DNA of 64,000 nt from NCBI RefSeq assembly GCF_023055435.1, contig NW_025963779.1, positions 39,122,001-39,186,000 on the forward strand, in the 5' to 3' direction. Numbering within the stretch: position 1 is the first letter of the stretch; every line of letters begins with the position of its first letter. The notes beneath the pieces were generated by a model. It made no database searches. It saw nothing but the letters and a program-made list of their open reading frames with translations, and was not told the DNA's origin. This document shows, in pieces, positions 23,101 to 38,100 of the stretch. Position numbers and translations under genes: made by a program. The DNA is from Haliotis rufescens. Its lineage: Eukaryota.

Positions 23101-26100
23101 ATGCTATCCAACATGACACACAATGCTATCCCACATGACACACAATGGTATCCAACATGACACACAATGCTATCCCACATGACATAACACTATCCAACAT
23201 GACACACAATGCTATCCCACATGACACACAACACTATCCCACATGACACACAATGCTATCCAACATGACACACAATGCTATCCAACATGACACACAATGC
23301 TATCCCACATGACACACAATGCTATCCAACATGACACACAATGCTATCCAACATGACACACAATGCTATCCAACATGACACACAATGCTATCCAACATGA
23401 CACACAACACTATCCAACTTGACACACAATGCTATCCAACATGACACACACTGCTTTCTAACATAACACACAACACTATCCAGCACAACACACAACACTA
23501 TCCAGCACAACACACAATGCTATCCAACATGACACACAATGCCATCCAACATGACACACAACACTATCCAACTTGACACACAATGCTATCCAACATGACA
23601 CACACTGCTTTCTAACATAACACACAGCACTATCCAGCACAACACACAGCGCTATCCAACGTGACACAGAACTCTATCCAACATAACAGACAATGCTATC
23701 CAACGTGACACACATGGCTATCTAACATAACAGACAATGCTATCCAACGTGACACACATGGCTATCTAACATAACAGACAATGCTATCCAACGTGACACA
23801 CATGGCTATCTAACATAACAGACAATGCTATCCAACGTGACACACATGGCTATCTAACATAACAGACAATGCTATCCAACGTGACACACATGGACTCACA
23901 TTCCAAATGACTAAATAAACATGCTAGATTTAAGCTTTTCGAAGTTGCAACAAATAGATACATTCTGAATTTAATAACATTTGCAAAGATAATACATATT
24001 TTGTGGCCTTTAAGTTAATCCAAATTTTGTATTTGTATATTTCAGGTAGATAAAAAAGTTGTGCGCACAGAGATAGGAATCCTGTTGAAATTAAGTCATC
24101 CCAATATCGTAAGTAAAGTGCATATGGTTTATACAGATGTGTCATCAGTATCATAGCCTCTCACCTAACCCTCCAGGCGCCACCAGGAGACACCAGAAAA
24201 CTGGAATATGTTGGCATTCTAAATAATAACATGTACAGTTATAGGTTGCAAAATAACAGAGAAATTAGCTCTTTCTATATCCTACTGTGACATATACTGT
24301 GTGTCACAATGAAAAGTTTGTTGTCAAAATAATAGAGTGTGGTGTAGATCTAAATCTTGCAAGATTTGCTGAATTTTCTTTCGTAGGCCTACTTCATGTT
24401 GGCTTATGAAGGAGTTCTGCTGCATACTTTCAAAGCTCATCATCTATGCGAGTAAAGTATAGATAACAATGTTTGAGCATGTGCGTTTCCATACTTACAT
24501 CAACAGTGTTGCCTTAACTCTTTCAACACCTTAGGCCGGTAGGCCGTCCAAGAAGCCTTGAGTCCCCAGACACTGTAGGCCGGTAGACTTGCCAAGCCGT
24601 AGTCAAAATAGTTTATATTTTTATGAACCTTCAATACCATTCATTTTTTAAATCTATCACATTTCACAATTTCTGAAATGCATATTCCATTTCAATTTTT
24701 TATTTTTTATTGATAGATTAAAAGATTATTCACTATTACCTGCAATGTTATTGAAAATAAAATTCTCAGACACATTTGTTAGGCAAATGACATCTCGGCT
24801 TTCGTTGCCTCAAATACTTGACTCGGAGCCGATGTTTAATGCCAAAATATATGCATGAAAAATCTTTGTCACAGCTCGTAAGCTAGCACGATACATCCAC
24901 GAAGCTCCATATCTTTATGCAGAACGCAATTTCCTGCTTAAAACGTTCAGAATAAGACGATTTAACAAAAAACATTTGCCAAAATCTGAAATTCATCATA
25001 CATGAGTAATTTAATTGGCTGCCTGAGGTCAAATGCTCAAATTTCACTAATCACGAACCTTGTAGCAGATTTCGGCAAGAAAGCGTCATTAAAAACCAAT
25101 TTTGATCCAATGAAATTGTATGTTATAGCTACGTAAAGTGAGTGAGTGAGTATGGTTTTACGCCGCTTTTAGCAATATTCCAGCAATATCACGGCTGGGG
25201 ACACCAGAAATGGGCTTCACACATTGTATCCATGTCGGGAATCGAACCCGGGTCTTCAGCGTGATGAGCGAACGCTTTAACCACTGGGCTATCCGACCGC
25301 CCCTCTACGAAAAGACTCCAGGCGATGTTACAAGCATGTAGATGAAAAAAATAAGTTCTCTAATGATGTGTTATATGTCAGTCTTCGACATACTTGTTAT
25401 TCATACAAAGCCTCGAAAACGGAGGTATTTCTTCATGTTACTGAGCAGACAGCCGCTGTTATCGGGAAATGGGTGAAAACAGATACTTATATCTACGAGT
25501 ATTTATGATTCTTTTTAAAATAATTTTCCAATTACATTAAAAATGAAAATAAAAAAGAAATAGGTAAGTGGATTTTATGAAATCTTATATTTGCCAACCG
25601 TATTTTCTTGAGTATAGTGCGCACTTTTTTTCTAAAAAAACACAATTGTGTAGAAGGGGGTTCGTAATATACACGAATTAATGAGTTTTGATGTTTTTTC
25701 CCCCATGGAAAGACATTACCGTGAGCACGTAACACCAGAAATACCATGTCAATAAATCCATACTGAAGTTTTTGCAAATTATTCATGTAATTACACTGTC
25801 AGGCTATAAAAAGTGTTCTTTGTATATCTGGACTTATGTTTGTAACTTATTTCATTAATTTTATTCATAATTCCTTTTAATATTGTTTTAATTAATTTAG
25901 GCAAAATCGTGTGTAAAGTTATATCATTGGGTGTGTCTTGACCGAATCACCGGTAGATTCCATGAAAACGTGTGTACAGCTGATTGCTGTGTCTGGCTTA
26001 GTTTACGAGAAAATACACAAGGTAATCTTAATCCCTGGATCTAAAACAATGCCTAGCTGAACCAAAAAAATACAATTTAAACGGTAAATCAACATGTCTG

Positions 26101-29100
26101 GTGATTTTTTATCTCAAATTTTGAATTTGTACTGTCAAAGTTTCTCATCACCCGTTCGTTTGCCGGACTTCGCTGAAGGGGTACAGTGTAATTTTTTCTG
26201 TGCATTATATTCAAATTTCTTTTTTTCCAAAATATTGAACCCACTAGAGGGGGGTGCACATTATACATGGGTGCACACTATACTCAAGAAAATACGGTAC
26301 TTGGTCCTTAATCTGGATGATATGAATGTGTTAGCTTACATTTTTTTATTTACAACAAACTTAATGAAGTTGTAATTGCATTATTTAAATAATGTGTTAA
26401 ACATAACTTTCATATTTATAAACAATAGGATTAGACCTTTCAAATGGCATATAACATGTAGTAGCAACAATGTTTTACAAGCAGATATTTTCTTTGGCTT
26501 CATCTATCACTCAAGAATCTCTGGGAACTCAGTGTCACAGCAGTAAACGCTTCTGGTTGACTGGTGTTGAAAGAGTTAAATCAGTTTGACAATTTGCTCA
26601 AAACATTGGACTCAACTTCACTCAGCATCAATATTTAGTTCATAGTATAACAGAGATACACATGTTGCCTGTGAATTTAACTGTGCTTTATTTGATGTTT
26701 GAAACCTCATGCTGCTTGTATGCTTCCAAATTGAACTTGGCACAATTAAATCTATAGGTAATCTAGCTCTACATTGAAAACACAGTATGCTTATCTCTTA
26801 TGTAACTCACAGTTTGAGACTGTTAGTTAGTGTCTTGTTATGTTATGAACAGCTGCAAAATAGTGCTGATTCAGAATTAATAACTAATCATTTGATAGGC
26901 ACTAATGATTTCATGAACTATATTCTTGATTCGTAAATCAAGAAAAACTCAGTTTCAATCATTCGAAAGCACCAAAGAGTAAATTCAGGATTAATTCTTG
27001 TTTAGTTGAATGGGAAGTTTAAGTTTGGAATACCCATGGTTGTGAGACACTTTTGGCAACTTAACCTTTATTCATTCTGTAAAGTAAGTGAGATACTCTA
27101 TGTTAGTTTGACTGAAAGCACCATACATTTGATGTTTGATACTGAAGACAAGTTTCTGTTTTTGTGTTAAGATTAGACTTAAAGAGATCTATGAGACCCG
27201 GACAGACATTACACTGGTGCTGGAGCTGGTGACCGGAGGGGAGCTGTTTGACAGGTAACCCTGCTCGCCTGATGGGGGCCACCTGTGTGGAGAGACAGGA
27301 GTAAGGGGGGTGTTTGTGCTCACCTGATGGGGGCCACCTGTGTAGAGAGACAGGAGTGATGGAGGTGTTTGTGCTCACCTGATGGGGGCCACCTGTGTAG
27401 AGAGACAGGAGTGATGGAGGTGTTTGTTCTCACCTGATGGGGGCCACCTGTGTGGAGAGACAGGAGTGAGGGAAGTGTTTGTTCTCACCTGATGGGGGCC
27501 ACCTGTGTAGAGAGACAGGAGTAAGGGAGGTGTTTGTTCTCACCTGATGGGGGCCACCTGTGTAGAGAGACAGGAGTGAGGGAAGTGTTTGTTCTCACCT
27601 GATGGGGGCCACCTGTGTAGAGAGACAGGAGTGAAGGGGGTGTCAGGGCAGGTAAAGCTGATCATCTTTGCTTCAGAAGTAAATGTCGAATGTGCAAGAA
27701 TAAAATTGCTGTAATGATTTTTCAGAATTGTGTCTCGTGGCTTCTACAGTGAGAAAGATGCAGCCAAGGCAGTGCGGGACATGCTGACTGCAGTTGATGT
27801 AAGTACACCAGGTGCACATCACCAGCAATACAGACTGTATACACTATATCAGGGCACCTGCTTGTTTCAGTGACTTTAGTTTACTTAGGAAGTAATGTAA
27901 CAATGGTAATATGACATTGGAGAATTTGTGAACACAAATACTATGTTTTTGTTTAAGTACCATAGTGATTACCTTAGGGACTGGTAATATATTGTAGTTG
28001 AGGGGATGAGATTATGGGGAGGGGGGTCATGAAAATAATGATAGCGAAAGAGGGTTCCTAAAATTTATCACAATTACTGGAGGGGGGAAGAGTCATGAAA
28101 AATTGACATTTTCATTTTTTCAGTTTGAACATTATTTTGGGACTGCTAATGTAGAATAGGTCGGGGGGTGTCATGGAAAAATGTTGCATAAAGTAGAGGG
28201 AGTGGGGGTCAGCAAAGTAACAACACAGTCCTAAGACCAATCCCAAACACGCCACTCACTTACCCATAATAAATTACCAGTCCTTAACTCTCTTCACTTT
28301 GTCAAACAGTTGTTGCAGCAAAATGACCCAAGATTTTCTGAGTAACCTAGTTCCCTTATCTGTTTCAGTACCTGCATGAAAATGGTGTGGTACACCGAGA
28401 CTTGAAGGTATGTCAACCTGTTGTTCTATAGAGAGCCGTCCTAGGGAAAATGGGGGAAGACCTTGGGTAGGGTAGACAGCCTCACTAGAGGAAGTGTGGG
28501 AGGGTAGAGTTTGTTTGTTTTGTTTATTTGTTGTTTAATGCGGCACTCTGCAATATTCCAGCTATAAGATAGAGGTCTGTAAAAAATCGAGTCTGGACCA
28601 GACAATCCAGTGATTGACATCATGAGCATCGATCCACGCAATTGGGATGGGATGACATGCATCAACCAAGTCAGTGAGTCTGACCACCCGATCCCGTTAG
28701 TTGCCTCCTACAACAAGAATAGTCACCTATTCTACCAACCTCCCTAGATCGTATCAAGAATATAGAAGGCTCAAGGTTGATTCGCACATTATAAGGTTCT
28801 TCTAAACTGACCATCTGTGTAGATTTTATCTGGTCTCTATGCAGAGTGGCAACTTTTACAACAATTTGCATTTGTATTGGGCTTAGCGAGTAATGCATTA
28901 TAAGGAATGCCCTCTATTGTCTGGATAGTACCTTGTGAAATCCGAAAAGGGAGAACAGTTCCTGAATGTCCATGTAACTCTTATGCTTATATTTTCAGCC
29001 AGAAAACATGTTGTATGAAAATTTGGCTCCTGAATCAAAGCTGAAAATAGGCAAGTTACAATTGGTTGTTGTGTTTATCAATAAACATATCCCGAGTATG

Positions 29101-32100
29101 GGGACAGTACATTAATAAACATGTGCAGAGCATGGGTGCAATAGGTTGTTAAATACATTAATAAACATGTGCAGAGCATGGGTGCAATAGGTTGTTAAAT
29201 ACATTAATAAACATGTGCAGAGTATGGGTGCAATAGGTTGTTTAATACATTAATAAACACGTGCAGAGTATGGGTGCAATAGGTTGTTAAATACATTAAT
29301 AAACATGTGCAGAGCATGGGTGCAATAGGTTGTTTAATACATTAATAAACACGTGCAGAGTATGGGTGCAATAGGTTGTTTAATACATTAATAAACACGT
29401 GCAGAGTATGGGTGCAATAGGTTGTTAAATACATTAATAAACATGTGCAGAGCATGGGTGCAATAGGTTGTTTAATACATTAATAAACACGTGCAGAGTA
29501 TGGGTGCAATAGGTTGTTAAATACATTAATAAACATGTACAGAGCATGGGTGCAATAGGTTGTTAAAACATAAAATAAACATGTGCAGAGCATGGGTGCA
29601 AAAGGTTGTTAAATACATTAACAAACATGCAGAGCATGGGTGCAATAGGTTGTTAAATACATTCATAAACATGTGCAGAGCATGGGTGCAATAGGTTGCT
29701 AAATACATTAATAAACATGTGCAGAGCATGGGTGCAATAGGTTGTTAAAAACATAAATAAACATGTGCAGAGCATGGGTGCAATAGGTTGTTAAATACAT
29801 TAATAAACATGTGCAGAGCATGGGTGCAATAGGTTGTTAAAAACATAAGTAAACACGTGCAGCGTGTGGGTGCAATAGGTTGTTAAATACATTAATAAAC
29901 ACGTGCAGAGCATGGGTACAATAGATTGTGATATTTGATTTAGTGTAATTCTAGATTAGATACCTGAATTTTCAATTTGGAACCAAGTGTTTTAGCGCAA
30001 GGTTTCAAATGGATAAACATAAAGTGTTTAATCTACAGTTGGACTACCTCAAATTTCAAAAGAGAACTTTTATCTCCATTCTACCATGGTGACAAGAATT
30101 CTTTGAAAACAGTACTCCTTTTGTACGTGTCATTATACATGGGTAAACAGGTCATAGAACATTCCGAAAAGGGTCACAGGTATTGAAAATCAAAACAAAT
30201 ACTACCCATGTTTAAGCTTAATTAGAAATAGTGACAAAAAACTGCTGAACTAATTTATTTAATAACAAACTGTTAAGTATTAAGCATGATTTATATTTAG
30301 TGTTTTACCTTTCCTGATGCTACACAGTGCTTCCGCTTCCCTACCCTATAAAAACAGACAGTACAGGAACGAAGAGACAGTTGAAACAGACTACAGCCCA
30401 TGCCTCAGCATCCAAGAGTTATCCCCCTTGGCCTCTATTATGTATTATGTTATTTGACGCTAAAGGGTTTTCGGCTCATGCTGCGGAAGCTGTCCTGAGC
30501 TCATCGTTCCTCCACTCGTTCCCTGTATGATGAGAAGGTGCGTTGGTTCCAGGCCTTCTGCTTGTCCAGGCACATTGTTCCTGTGGAGGCGACCATCCCC
30601 CACAGGGGTGACTTTTTGGTTTTTCTTCACCAGTTCCGTCACCTGGCTGGTTCCACAATTGCGACCTATCTTATTGCGCTCAATTCTGCCCTGAAGATCG
30701 CAAGTGGTTCCCGGCTGTCATCAGCCCCTGTCCTATTTGCCATGGTCCGAGGTTTTTGACTGGAGGACCAGACTAAGAAGTTCCAACCCCCCAGCTTGGG
30801 ATCTCAATGTTGTTTTGTGACTTACGCCAGGCCCCATATGATGCTTGCATCTGGCTCATTTGAAGATCTCACCTTAAGACTTGCTTTCTCCTGGCCCTTG
30901 AGACAGCAGCCAGGGTTAGCGAGCTTCATGCCCTGGGTGTGAGCGGGGTCTGGTTTGACCAGCGGCCTGATCTGAGAGGGCTTGACCTGTGTCCTATCCC
31001 TTTGCTGGCCGTACCGGGAGCCTCAGCCTTGCTTTCGCCTGCTTGGTTTCTTGCCGAATGGTTTTGTTCTGATTAAATGCAATGTTTTTATACTCACCTG
31101 ACGCTGCTGTCATACAGTGATGAATATGAGGGACAAGGGACCAAGGGGGATAACTCTTGGATGCTGAGGAATGGGCTGTAGTCTGTTTCAACTGTCTCTT
31201 CGTTCCAGTACTGTCTGTCTGTATAAGGTAGGGAAGCTAAAGCACTGTGTAGCTTCAGGTAAGTATAAAAACATTGCATCAAAAATGCTCATTTTTACGT
31301 TATTAATAAACATGTCCAGAGACTGGGTACTAAAGGTTATTGCTCTAGGGACTACCCATTTGATATTAGCAATACCAGATATATTTTTAATTAAAACCAT
31401 GAGACTCAAATTTATTTCTGAAAAACATCTTGCAACAATGTAATATTGTGGCAGACAATTTCTTTTGTTTTCAGAAGTATGAAGCAAGATGTTTTCAATG
31501 TTTAATTGCAGCTGATTTTGGGCTGTCAAAAATAATAGGACCAGAAGTTACCATGACAACAGTTTGTGGCACACCTGGATATTGTGGTAAGATTTGATAT
31601 TTTTATACTGTCACTCTACCACCACACAGATACTGTCACTGTGTACCAACACACAGACACTGTCACTCTACCAACACACAGTTGCTGTCACTGTACCAAC
31701 ACACAGATACTGTCACTCTACCAACACACAGACACTGTCACTGTACCAACACACAGATACTGTCACTGTACCAACACACACAGATACTGTCACTGTACCA
31801 ACACACACAGACACTGTCACTGTGTACCAACACACACAGATACTGTCACTGTACCAACACACACAGATACTGTCACTGTACCAACACACACAGACACTGT
31901 CACTGTGTACCAACACACAGACACTGTCACTCTATCAACACACAGACACTGTCACTCTACCAACACACAGATACTGTCACTGTTCCAACACACACAGATA
32001 CTGTCACTGTACCAACACACACAGACACTGTCACTGTGTACCAACACACACAGATACTGTCACTGTACCAACACACACAGATACTGTCACTCTACAAACA

Positions 32101-35100
32101 CACAGAAACTGTCACTGTGTACCAACACAAACAGACACTGTCACTGTACCAACACACAGACACTGTCACTGTACCAACACACACAGACACTGTCACTGTA
32201 TTAACACACAGACACTGTCACTGTACCAACACACACAGACACTGTCACTGTGTACCAACACACAGACACTGTCACTGTACCAACACACACAGACACTGTC
32301 ACTCTACCAACACACAAAAACACTGTCACTGTGTACCAACACACAGACACTGTCACTCTACCAACACACAGACACTGTCACTCTACCAACACACAGACAC
32401 TGTCACTGTACCAACACACACAGACACTGTCACTCTACCAACACACAGACACTGTCACTCTACAAACACACAGACACTGTCACTGTGTACCAACACACAG
32501 ACACTGTCACTCTACCAACACACAGACACTGTCACTGTGTACCAACACACACAGACACTGTCACTCTACCAACACACAGACACTGTCACTCTACAAACAC
32601 ACAGACACTGTCACTGTGTACCAACACACACAGACACTGTCACTCTACCAACACACAGACACTGTCACTGTACCAACATACACAGACACTGTCACTGTAC
32701 CAACACACAGACACTGTCACTGTACCAACACACACAGACACTGTCACTGTGTACCAACACACAGACACTGTCACTGTACCAACACACACAGACACTGTCA
32801 CTGTGTACCAACACACACAGATACTGTCACTCTACCAACACACAGACACTGTCACTCTACCAACACACAGACACTGTCACTCTACCAACACACAGATACT
32901 GTCACTCTACCAACACACACAGATACTGTCACTGTACCAACACACACAGATACTGTCACTCTACAAACACACAGACACTGTCACTGTGTACCAACACACA
33001 CAGATACTGTCACTGTACCAACACACACAGACACTGTCACTGTGTACCAACACACACAGACACTGTCACTGTGTACCAACACACAGACACTGTCACTGTA
33101 CCAACACACACAGACACTGTCACTGTATTAACACACAGACACTGTCACTGTACCAACACACACAGACACTGTCACTGTGTACCAACACACAGACACTGTC
33201 ACTGTACCAACACACACAGACACTGTCACTCTACCAACACACAAAAACACTGTCACTGTGTACCAACACACAGACACTGTCACTCTACCAACACACAGAC
33301 ACTGTCACTCTACCAACACACAGACACTGTCACTGTACCAACACACACAGACACTGTCACTCTACCAACACACAGACACTGTCACTCTACAAACACACAG
33401 ACACTGTCACTGTGTACCAACACACAGACACTGTCACTCTACCAACACACAGACACTGTCACTGTGTACCAACACACACAGACACTGTCACTCTACCAAC
33501 ACACAGACACTGTCACTCTACAAACACACAGACACTGTCACTGTGTACCAACACACACAGACACTGTCACTCTACCAACACACAGACACTGTCACTGTAC
33601 CAACATACACAGACACTGTCACTGTACCAACACACAGACACTGTCACTGTACCAACACACACAGACACTGTCACTGTGTACCAACACACAGACACTGTCA
33701 CTGTACCAACACACACAGACACTGTCACTGTGTACCAACACACACAGATACTGTCACTCTACCAACACACAGACACTGTCACTCTACCAACACACAGACA
33801 CTGTCACTCTACCAACACACAGATACTGTCACTCTACCAACACACACAGATACTGTCACTGTACCAACACACACAGATACTGTCACTCTACAAACACACA
33901 GACACTGTCACTGTGTACCAACACACACAGATACTGTCACTGTACCAACACACACAGACACTGTCACTGTGTACCAACACACACAGACACTGTCACTGTG
34001 TACCAACACACAGACACTGTCACTGTACAAACACACAGACACTGTCACTCTACAAACACACAGACACTGCCACTGTACCAACACACACAGACACTGTCAC
34101 TGTACCAACACACACAGATACTGTCACTGTACCAACACACAGACACTGTCACTCTACAAACACACAGACACTGTCACTCTACCAACACACAGACACTGTC
34201 ACTCTACCAACACACAGATACTGTCACTCTACCAACACACACAGATACTGTCACTGTACCAACACACACAGATACTGTCACTCTACAAACCCACAGACAC
34301 TGTCACTGTGTACCAACACACAGACACTGTCACTGTACCAACACACAGACACTGTCACTGTACCAACACACACAGACACTGTCACTGTACCAACACACAC
34401 AGATACTGTCACTGTACCAACACACAGACACTGTCACTCTACAAACACACAGACACTGTCACTGTACCAACACACACAGACACTGTCACTGTACCAACAC
34501 ACACAGATACTGTCACTGTACCAACACACAGACACTGTCACTCTACAAACACACAGACACTGTCACTGTGTACCAACACACACAGATACTGTCACTGTGT
34601 ACCAACACACAGACACTGTCACTGTACCAAGACACAGACACTGTCACTCTACCAACACACACAGACACTGTCACTGTGTACCAACACACACAGACACTGT
34701 CACTGTGTACCAACACACACAGACACTGTCACTGTGTACCAACACACACAGATACTGTCACTGTACCAACACACACAGATACTGTCACTGTACCAACACA
34801 CAGACACTGTCACTCTACAAACACACAGACACTGTCACTGTGTACCAACACACACAGATACTGTCACTGTGTACCAACACACAGAGATACTGTCACTGTA
34901 TACCAACACACACTTTTAATGACATAGATTACAATAGTGTTTAGATTTGCAGAGGTTTCTATATTTTCCAGCTCCAGAAGTTCTCCTTGGAAGGAAGTAC
35001 ACCCAGGCAATTGACATGTGGAGTGTGGGTGTCATCACATATATACTGTAAGTCCTGTCTCATCATTCAAGGGGCATGCTCATGACGGTCAAGACCAGTA

Positions 35101-38100
35101 CACACTGTCACACATTGCAAGTCCAGTTACACACATATTGTACGTCACACATATGCACACCATGTATCAAGACGGCCCCTGGACCTCAATAGATATTTCT
35201 TTTGTGAAAATGTTAAGCTGTTTTTACTGAATTTCTGCCAACACAACTGTATATGCAAAATAATCATAGGTGGAAGATAATAATGTTTATTACTTGCCTG
35301 TGAAGAGATCACCCATTTAATAAACATACAGCTGTATTACACATTGTGTAATACCAAAACGCGTGCTTATGTACTCACGGAATATGTTTCACAAACAAAT
35401 ATTGAAAGCTCTCAACATCCCTTGGCTTAGTCAACGACATTGAGTGTGGACTTGATAGATCACTGAGAGGAGCTTGTGCACACTCGATGACCCCAGCAAC
35501 CTTGTTGCTAGGCTGACGTCACATGGCATTGTTTCGCCGATGGATCTTGCAACAAACTTCCACAAATTTCGTCATCGGGTATTGTGACGTTATTGTAAAC
35601 TTTTAGGTGCAAGGCCCGTTCCACAAGGCGATTGTATTGTAGCGCAATGACAGTCTTTAGTCTAAGTTAAAGTATGTGAGTTGCGATAGTCTTAGCCCTA
35701 CGATAATTTTGTGAATTCTAAAGGTGGACCGTTGTATGGTATTAAATTCATACGTTTCAACTTTGGACGTGTTTGAAGTATTATTCTGTTAAACTCAATT
35801 GGACTATGCCATGGATAGTGTAGGTGTCAGCCTATTCATACTCAACAGTATAATTAAAAAAAACGTTATAAATGGCAAGTTATAAATAAAATACTAAACT
35901 CGCTCCCGTGTAAAACCAATTGTGAATAGGTGTGGTATCTGACGAGCGAAAGTGTGTCAGATGCCACAACTATTCACTCGTTTCATAAAATTGTATTCTA
36001 TATTCTATATTAACATCACTCCCTTTAATTCATGTTGATTGTGTTTATTCATGATTTTAAGAAGTGTCTTCCTTTACATTGCCTAATAATGTCTTTCTGT
36101 CCATCAGTTTGTGTGGCTACGAGCCATTCAGTGCTGACACAGACCGTCAGATGTACAAGCGCATCATCAAGGCAGATTATAAGTTTGATTGTCCCTGGTG
36201 GGACGAGGTGTCAGAGAACGCTAAGGTAAACTTGGCTAACACTTGACTAGTCATCTAAACTGACCAGGTGTTCACAGTTCCTCAACAGCAACAATTGTGA
36301 GGAGATCCAAGGTAGAACTGGTTGTCTTCAAGTGACAGTGCTGGTTCCACATTGCACTGGGGGACTAATTCACACATATCTATTATGTTGCCACATATCC
36401 CTGCATTCAGGCCTCTGACTTCTGTATATATGTTTACCGTTATTGTTTTGGACAGTCACATTCGTACAGGTGTGGTTAGGCTATCCCAATATCATTGCAT
36501 TGTAATACAGTGGACTCTGTTCACACTAACATCCACTGAAACCTAAACTCAAAATGTGAGCTTAGATGTACAAATGGTAATTGAATCACATGCTTTCACA
36601 CGTTAGGTTTTGCCCCGGAATTGGGACTGGGTCTTCTTACTGATGTTGGTACACTAGAGATGGAATATAGATAGAGTAGTGATGATATAGCCTGCTTTGT
36701 GTATTTATTGTAGGACCTTGTACGAAAGATGCTGCACCTGGACCCTAAAAAGCGTGTGACTGCTGCAGAAGCTCTTAAACATCCGTGGGTGATGGGCAAG
36801 GCCGCTCGTATGGACCACATGGAGTCCACCTTCGACAACATCAAGGAGTTCAATGCCAGGAGGAAACTTAAGGTACACATACATGCTTCTCTGGGCTGAA
36901 ACTAAAGAGCGTGACAGTCACAGTATGGAGGTATTTCTTTATGCAGCATCAGCAGTTTTGTAGCAGATTGCAGAAGAAAAAACTATGATGTGGTACTAAT
37001 CTTCCTAGTCAGTAGACCCTCTATCTACCTAGTCAGTAGACCCTCTTTCTACCTACTCAGTAGACCCACTATCTACCTAGTCTGTAGACCCTCTATCTAC
37101 CTAGTCAGTAGACCTTCTATCTACCTAGTCAGTAGACCCTCTATCTACCTACTCAGTAGACCCTCTATCTACCTAGTCAGTAGACCTTCTATCTACCTAC
37201 TCTGTAGACCCTCTATCTACCTAGTCTGTAGACCTTCTATCTTCCTAGTCAGTAGACCCTCTATCTACCTAGTCAGTAGACCTTCTATCTACCTAGTCAG
37301 TAGACCCTCTATCTACCTAGTCTGTAGACCCTCTATCTACCTATTCAGTAGACCCTCTATCTACCTAGTCGATAGACCCTCTATCTACCTAGTCAGTAGA
37401 CCCTCTATCTACCTAGTCAGTAGACCTTCTATCTACCTAGTCTGTAGACCCTCTATCTACCTAGTCAGTAGACCCTCTATCTACCTAGTCGATAGACCCT
37501 CTATCTACCTAGTCAGTAGACCCTCTATCTACCTAGTCAGTAGACCTTCTATCTACCTAGTCTGTAGACCCTCTATCTACCTAGTCAGTAGACCCTTTTT
37601 CTATCTAGTCAGTAGACCCTCTATCTACCTTGTCAGTAGACCCTCTATCTACCTAGTCAGTAGACCTTCTATCTACCTATTTTTATCGATAGATTAAACA
37701 ATTATTCACTATTTCCTGTATTGTTATTGAAAATAAAACTCTCGGACACACTTCGACAACAGGTCCACATCAAACATGTCAAAGAGCAAAATAATGACGT
37801 TTCAAGCAAATCTTTACATATATTATACAAGGTAATAAATAAAACCAACAAATATGTACCTAAAAGTTGTCAAACTTACATCTAAGTTATTATTTCCATC
37901 TTTTCATGTGATCGCGTGTAATGTAAGTCAAATGACATCTCGTCACCTTGAATTCTCGTCTCGGACACGATTTTAATGCAGAAATATATGCATGAAAAAT
38001 CTTTGTCACATCTCGTGACCTAGCACAATACATTCACGAAAAGTTCCTTATTTTTAATATATATCATGATTTGCTGCTTAAAACGTTTAGAATAACACGG

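Larger units (their letters stand above)
24518..26575. mobile_element. Non-autonomous piggyBac-like DNA transposon (TTAA TSD) with nested SINE and MITE
   Basis: TTAA|CTCTTTCAACACC ... GGTGTTGAAAGAG|TTAA; homologous to 37680-42906. Confidence 0.82.

Noticed and set aside
25139-25304. tRNA genes (also 41217 and 56805)
   Set aside because: A/B boxes belong to SINE heads with bodies, tails and TSDs; no complete cloverleaf
31566-34944. ORFs of up to 1116 aa (His/Cys/Thr-rich)
   Set aside because: Translation of a stop-poor minisatellite, open in several frames and inside CAMK4 intron 8; readthrough from exon 8 stops after three codons
36990-37697. 235-aa SRPSIYLV repeat ORF (similar cases at 43303-43704, 50672-52995, 63139-63963)
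   Set aside because: Tandem-repeat artefacts with no coding signature
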